Below, piece after piece: positions 21,616 to 28,155 of a stretch of 28,155 bases of DNA. Numbering within the stretch: the stretch's first letter is position 1; each line of letters begins with the position of its first letter. The notes beneath the pieces were generated by a model. The model ran no database searches, had not been told where the DNA came from, and worked only from the letters and a program-made list of their open reading frames with translations. A program made the position numbers and the translations under genes. The DNA is from Psammoneis japonica. Taxonomy: Eukaryota. The DNA is taken from NCBI GenBank assembly GCA_008632985.1, contig QPGO01000040.1, forward strand, positions 501,719-529,873. The letters are read 5' to 3'.

Positions 21616-24600
21616 TGTTGGAACATCAGGGCAAGAGGCAGCTTTGGGAGTGTGTGATGTGCTGACAACAAACACTGACTTGGTGAATTTTCTGTTTGTT
21701 GCTCTTGACAAATCGCAGGGCTTGTTCCCATTTTTTAGCTTCTGCACCTGGTTGACATGACCACAGTGGCAAAAAAGGCAAAAGATGTGTGTGTGTGTGT
21801 GTGTGTGTGCAATCCATGTGGTGAGTTGAGGTCAGTGAGACCAAGTGACAACCAGCAATCTCTGGAGGGCCTTGCTGCAGGGCAGCTGGAGGGTCTGCCA
21901 AGGGAGGGTGCAGCAAGGATGTGTTGGACTGGAACACTGGTTGAGGACACAACAGCTGAGCATGGAAGCACAAAAGATTAAAAGGAGTGGGCACATGATG
22001 CCATTGCTGAGTTGGGCAGACAGGTGGGCAGTTGCATGGAAATGCAAGAAAGACAAGTGAGTGTGTGGGAAGAGTGTCCAGGCCAGAGATGCAGGTGTTG
22101 GCATCTCTGAGGCAAGAGAACAGGCCAGAGGAACCAGAACATCCACTGGGCATGACTGCATCAGAGAATGACAGGGCAATCTGGGGGAAACAGTGTGGTC
22201 ACTGCATGAAACAGGGTGCAATCCATGAGATGCAGAAGGTGAAGGCATTCAATGTGATTGTGGGACAGTGTGCAAAAGCTGTCCATCACAAGCTTGGAGT
22301 GACAGAGTTTGCAAAGGTCACAAAGGAATGCAGTGTGATGGCACACCATTGGAGGACACAATCAATTTGATCCTGTTTGATGCAGCCAAATGAGAGAGTG
22401 TGCCCGCATGTCCAGGTGGTCCTCAAGGCGTGGAAATGACTGGCGCTCATTTGACAGCATGGAGAAGTGCTTTGAGACCACCACAGCTGGTTTGCAAGCA
22501 CTGCAGAGATGGTGGAAGGGTCATGTTGCAGAGTTGTCCCCAAGGAAATCACCAAGAAAGAAAAAGGGTGCAGGTTGGATGCTGACATCCATTGGGGGGC
22601 TGAATTTATGAATCCTCCTGGCAGCTGGCTGACAAGCAGACAATGGTCAGAGAAAAAGTTTGTGAGTGCAAGCACATGAACTCATTTGTGATCCAATTCA
22701 TCACATGTCACACCTGTTCATGACAAGTTGGTGTGATTTGAAGTGAGCAAATGTCCTTTGCTTTCCAACAAATGTCCCCAAGTTTTCCAACTAAGAAGAG
22801 GTCAAACCAACAAGTTTGGCACAAATCAGCAAGTTGATGCCCACACAAAATGTTCAATTGGACAGTTGCCATCTAAAGTGCAGCTTCTGCAGTTGAGTGT
22901 CGCCATGGAATCTCACATTGAAAAATGAAAACAATGCCACTCACAGGTTTTTATCTGCCAAACCACCATCAACTCCAGTTTGCAGATCTTGGTGCAGCTG
23001 GCCATGTGGTCTCCCTCAGCACCCAAGTTCTCAAGTCCTTCACCTCCCTGCTTTCCATGGCTGGCTGCTGTTGTTCAACACAAATCTCCCCATCAACCAA
23101 GTCATTCACTTGTGATCATGTCTCATTTGATCTCCTTGACCGGCTCTTCAAAGAACTTGTTGGCTCTTGGCGGCCATGTCCCTTGCTTTTCCTTGGCATC
23201 TTGCATCATCTCCCTGTGCCTTCCTTTGCTGGGCTCAAGCTGCTTGGTGCACACTTTCTCTTTTCTGCAACAATCTCCTTTCTGTGAGCCCCTTGTCAGC
23301 AATGCTCTCAAGCTCATTCACAACTTCTGTCAGAGCTGAGAGTTGCTCCTTCATCTTGTCATGCCCTTGTGTCATTGGAAATGGCACAATGCTGTGCTGC
23401 TTGCATCAGCTCAAATCTTGCTCAACATCAACACCCAGCAACACTTGCAGCTGATCTTGTTTTTGCCATGCAGCATGCCTGTTTTGTCCAACTCAATTGC
23501 TTTGCACCAAACATGAGTGTGATGCTCACAAGTGCTTTTTCTTTGGACATGATCTCTCATCTTGATGATGTCTCTGCCAACCTTTTCATCATTGGCTGTC
23601 CACTTCCTCAGGCTGGTGTCTGTCTCTGAGCCACAGTTGCAATGTTTGACAATTGCCTTTTGTGTTGTACATGTTTGCCTGCACTTGCTGTGGTGGCCAG
23701 CACTGCTTTGCACACTGTTGCAAGCTGGCTTTCCCTTTTTGTGTTTTCTCTTGACTTGAAAAAGCAGAATGGATTTAAAATTGCACCCCTGAGTTTCAAA
23801 AACATTTTGATCATTTGTGACTGTGTGCGTGAATGACACAGTCTGTGAATCGTTCACAAAGAGAGTCGCCACCAGAGGCAATTCTGTGTTCCCTGTGCTG
23901 CACTGTGATTGGTCAGAAGAAATGACCCCCCTCTTTTTCATCACTGGCTGAGTCTTCAGAATCACTGGAAGAAGGGGCCTGATGCTTGTTCCTCTGTGCC
24001 GCCATTCTTGAACTGAGTCAAATGGGAGTCACCATGGTGCTCAGGAGATTTCTCCACACACCACCATTGGGCATGCAAACCTCACCCCGTTGATGTGGTG
24101 AAAACAAAGAGTGCAACAGTTGACAGGGTGAATTTTGTGCAGAACTCTCATGGAAAGGACAAAAAATTGCCGTCGAAGTCATTTCACACAAAGAGGAGAC
24201 CAAGTGGGTTTTTGAGGGAAATCACCATGTTGACATTGCACTTGATGGACTTCACAAAGCAAGAAAAAGTTGACAACAAGAGAAATCACACAGAAGTGTC
24301 ACAGAAAAGACAAACACACTGCAATGTTGGTTGCTTCACACAATGGACGAGTGCCGGATTCACCGTCGCCTTGCTCTGGATGTTGCCCTGACAACCAAGC
24401 ATGTCAATGTCCAATGTGAAAAACTTTGGTGAATGCACAAATTTCATTTGACATTTTCAAGAAACTGCCAAGTGGAAATGTTCACAGCAACAATCAAATG
24501 CAACTTTGCAGATTTGAACAAAATGATGCCGGACAGTCACGTGGCGACTGTTGTCACATGAGCCAAGATGTGACAAAAAATGAAATGATTTGGTCATGGG

Positions 24601-25410
24601 GCAACAGCCACGTGCTTGCTGAATGAAAATGTGGAGAACAAACAAAAAAGGTCAACTGCCAACAATCAAGCATCATGTGTTTCAATCAGAGATGGGCTGA
24701 TGCAACAAATCTGAGAGCGCGCTCACTGGGCCAAAGTGCCAAACACAATGCCCTGTGACTCATGTGCCCTTTCTCGCCTCTCTGATGACACCCAGAACAA
24801 GGAAAGGAACAAGTCATTGGTGGCTCTGCTGATGGAAGGCACCAAGGGACATTGCTTTGTTTTGAAAGACCTGCACAGGCAGCTCACATTTGGGGTTGAC
24901 AACAGCTGGGAGGCACTGCTGCAGGTGTTGAACACGTGTTGTGCCAACAAGAAAACCCTGGGACGCAAGTTTTGCAGAAGGCAAGAAGAAGCAGCTGAGG
25001 TGCTGGAAAAGGTGGCAAGATGGGGCATGCTGAGAAGAACTGCCCTTTGCTCAAAGAAGGTGATGGCTGGCAACGACTCGTCAGCTGCATCAGATGACTT
25101 GGGACACGAGAATGTCGGTGGAGCAGCAGCCGACATGGTGTTGGGTGGCATGATTTCCAACTGTCATCCACCCAGGACAGGCACACATGAGGCCAATCAA
25201 TTGATGGCTCATGTGAAGGAGTGTGTTGGAATGTCAGGGTGAGAGGCAGTTGAAGAAGAACAGACAGACAGTGTTGAAGTGTGCGACATGCTGAGAACAA
25301 GTCAATGGCGCGTGGTGAATTTGCGTTCTTTGTTGCTCTCACGAGGCTTGTTCCCACTTTTTAGCTTCCGCACCCAGTGAACACGGCAAGAGCAGTAAAA
25401 ATGACAAGAC
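21616..25410 (+). mobile_element. Degenerate LTR element 2 (gag-only remnant), apparently inserted in the 3' LTR of element 1 and itself interrupted
   Basis: LTR-like direct repeats starting TGTTGGAA at 21616 and 25224 (alignable for ~170-190 bp); PPT-like gaaggagtg at 25215-25223; gag-like AIWGKQ...AFNVIVGQC...KL (22150-22370) and ALLMEG...LKDLHRQLTFGVDN...LQVL (24800-24940). LTR 3' ends and TSD are unresolved. Confidence 0.65.
21786..21809. repeat. (TG)12 microsatellite
   Basis: Direct observation. Confidence 0.95.
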
Positions 25411-25614
25411 TGGGCGCAAACCAGTCGGGAAGCCGCATGCGCAAAGCTCCAACTAACATGCAGTCAGCCCGCCGTCCAGTTCGCATGTCAATTCGTCTGG
25501 CCTTCCTCCGTGCAAAATACTCTGTTGTTCAATCCAAATCGGCAAAATAAAATCGACAACACAGAAAACATGAAACAAACCATTTTTGACATCGAGCGAC
25601 TCACAAGGCAGCGC

Positions 25615-28155
25615 ACTGTACGTTCGCTGTCATAACACGCCGTCACTGTCGACAACAGTCACCATCAAATGTTTGCGTTCATCGTCTGACTCGTGAGATC
25701 TTTATTTTTTTGTGAAAGACGGTGCGCATCCAGTTCGACATTGCTTCACAATGGACGACGATGCATCTGCTAGAATCCGGAGTGCAATGGTACGAGCTAC
25801 AGATCTGTCAGAGAAACATTTTTCATTGTGGGTTCGTTTCGAAAATGAACCAGAACACGAAGGATTCGCCAATGCCAGAGAAATTCGTGCGCAGCATTGC
25901 CTTCGGTTGGTTGAATTGCCAGCCGAGATCGGCATGTTGCACCGACTGGTGGAGTTGAACTTGAGGTGTTGTGTAAATCTCCAGCGACTGCCTCCAGAAA
26001 TTGGGCGATTGACAAAACTCGAAGTGTTGAACCTTTCATGTTGCAGTAGACTGACCGAGTTGCCTGATGAAATTGGACGATTGACAAGCTTGAAGGAATT
26101 GTCATTGTCTTGTTGCGACAAGCTTGAACGACTGCCTCGTAGTTTGCATCGGCTCTTCCGTCTTGAGGTGTTGAACTTGTCAGAATGTGGAAGTCTCGTG
26201 GGGTTTGCCAAGTGACATTTTCCGTTTAAGAAGTTTGAAAAGGTTTTTTGTCNTGTTGCAGATCTCTCACTCGGCTGCCCCCGGGAATTGGACAGTTGCA
26301 TCAATTGGAAGACCTCGACCTTTGTCATTGCAACGGTCTCACTGAAATTCCTGTTGAGATTGGTCAGCTGTTGAAGCTGAAAACTCTCTCTTTGTATGGC
26401 TTGTTGCATTGCACACTACAAGAATTCTTTCAAAACATTGGCACAAGCAGTTTCTTGAATCTGACAAACTTGGATTTGTGCGGTTGTCGTGGTCTTGAAG
26501 AGCTGCCTCCTGCATTGGGATCACTTCGAAACCTAGAGGGGCTGAGTTTGAAGGGCTGTAAGCAATTGACTCAAGTTAGCAAAGAAGTTCTAGTGCTGCC
26601 GTGTCTCAAAAGTCTAAGCTTGTGGCGTTGTTTTGCGCTCACTGTTTCGCCCAAAGAAATCGGCGAGGCTTCGTATTCGGTTGAAAGTGTTCAAATGCCC
26701 ACCAATGAGTCTCAAGGTGAAATGGACTGCTACTGTGAAATGAACAAGGCCGGACGACACCTGCTGCGTCGAGAAAGTGGAGTTCCTGTTGCTCTCTGGC
26801 CGCACGTCTTGGCGGGTCGCCGAAGCGACGAGAACTTTATATTTTGGTTCTTGAAGCACAACCCGAACTTTGTAAAGAAACGAGTCAAAATAAGAGGAAC
26901 CAAGAGAGCTTGCGAGGAATAGTTTGTTCTATGTTGATTTCTTTTAAACACACAGCGGTCTCAATTCGACTACTTGTGGAATAGCACAATGTAAGCTTTC
27001 TATGAACGCGCTTGCTCTAGACCCAATGACTATCCAATTGATGCCATTCAGATTGTAGCTGTGCCCTTTCTATTCAACCAATGTCTTACTCAATGAAACA
27101 CCAGCTTTCCTCGTAAAAGACATCGCGACGATTCAAGAATCTGCAGCTGGATTCTCTGTGGAAGCAGTTGTCGTATGGTATCGCCATCCAACAGAAGCCC
27201 TAGTAGGGCACAATAGTAGAAATGCTTGTTACAGGTCTATCGCACCTTCCTCTCATTGTCTCGTCGTCCCGAAAGCCACGTTGCGTTTCCCGACGAGCAT
27301 GTATCACCGCAGCGACGTTTCACGACACGAAAATGATCTATTTCAGAGCAACATAGCCGCAGAATCACTAGTGCGTAAGTTGTGTAAATGCACAGCGATA
27401 GTACCTTAGATGCACGTTACTATCCTTTTAGTTCTTTTTGACGCGATTCAGATTGTATCTATGCGCCTTCTTACATATGACAGATACTTTAGCAAAGCAG
27501 AGAGCTACTTACTTGGAAACTCCCCTTTCCTTCAATCTTGTGCCGCATCTTTCGATGATTGGGCAAATCATATATGCAGACGTATCCAATGTGCATACAG
27601 TTACGTGAGATGTCGAGAGCGTCTTCTTTTGTCAAAATTTGGAGTACCTCTTCGCCAATTCGTGATGAAAGCTGCTGTGAAACTCGTTTGATTGGCGCAG
27701 AGAAATGACCAGACACACGCGCATATACTGGTAATGTGCTTGATCCGTGCTTTGTTTTGTGCCATTTTCTCGTAATATTCTCCGTAAAGGAAGGGATCGA
27801 CAGTTTCCAAAAGGACTCGCGAGGGCTCGGGTTGAGATTCCAACCTTAATATTTCTAAGCCAGACAAGTGATGAAATAAAGATAACATTGGGAGTGCGCT
27901 TCTTCCTTTTTTCTCTGGATTTCTGGCAAATTGTATCCTCGTCCTCGAACAAGTCGAATGGATACACATTTACTCGCTTGATGGCCGAGCCAACTGCCAC
28001 CCAGACACGTCGTCACGATACAAAGACATTGAGCCGTCAAGTAGCTTCGACCAGTCCTCAAATTAAAATCCAAAAATCCATGGCTTCTTGTTTTGCGATT
28101 TTGCATATATGCAGCAAAGACGATTGGCCATCGTTCAACCTGAATCGCCTTACAG
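25615..28155 (+). repeat. Segmental duplicate of ~6030-8521 plus 9760-9860
   Basis: Collinear similarity through the upstream region, LRR CDS and >1.2 kb downstream. Confidence 0.9.
25751..26922 (+). CDS. LRR protein copy C; net -1 frameshift at 26200-26255 next to an N (likely assembly error)
   Basis: Full-length paralogue of 6204-7370 (MDDDASARI...KRACEE); the indels fall in T homopolymers. Confidence 0.75.

Larger units (their letters stand above)
17310..25400. other. CpG/TpA-depleted hypermutated domain 2 (TE nest plus a gene copy)
   Basis: About a dozen TpA seen in ~8 kb and none found between ~17755 and ~21529; strong TG/CA excess. Confidence 0.9.

Noticed and set aside
17191..25357. 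Dozens of overlapping Cys/His-rich, Tyr-free ORFs as novel proteins or a variant genetic code
   Set aside because: Loss of TpA removes TAA/TAG stops and TAY codons on both strands, so these ORFs are by-products. The recognisable ones are TE or gene remnants.
26200..26255. Programmed frameshift or true pseudogenisation of LRR-C
   Set aside because: The indels are in T homopolymers next to an N, and similar single-base losses occur in two other genes, so assembly error is more likely

Overview
Eukaryotic genomic DNA, most likely a diatom, judged from an ASAF-type plastid targeting motif, PT-rich linkers, diatom-type LRR C-termini, CoDi-like Copia remnants and a short GT-AG intron. Intact or near-intact genes: a 5'-partial M64 peptidase fusion, a small secreted Lys/Arg/His-repeat protein, a two-domain dCMP deaminase, a hypothetical gene ('gene X'), two LRR genes, a chlorophyllase-like alpha/beta hydrolase and a TDP1-like phosphodiesterase. 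A gene X/LRR block is segmentally duplicated, with three LRR copies, and a MITE-like insert sits at an assembly gap. The most striking feature is two domains (~10.4-12.9 kb and ~17.3-25.4 kb) where CpG is strongly depleted and TpA is almost absent. Alignment to intact paralogues inside the window shows both dinucleotides converted to TpG/CpA. This RIP-like, repeat-associated hypermutation signature has a TpA->TpG/CpA component that 5mC deamination does not explain and that runs opposite to fungal RIP. All counts and alignments were done by eye.
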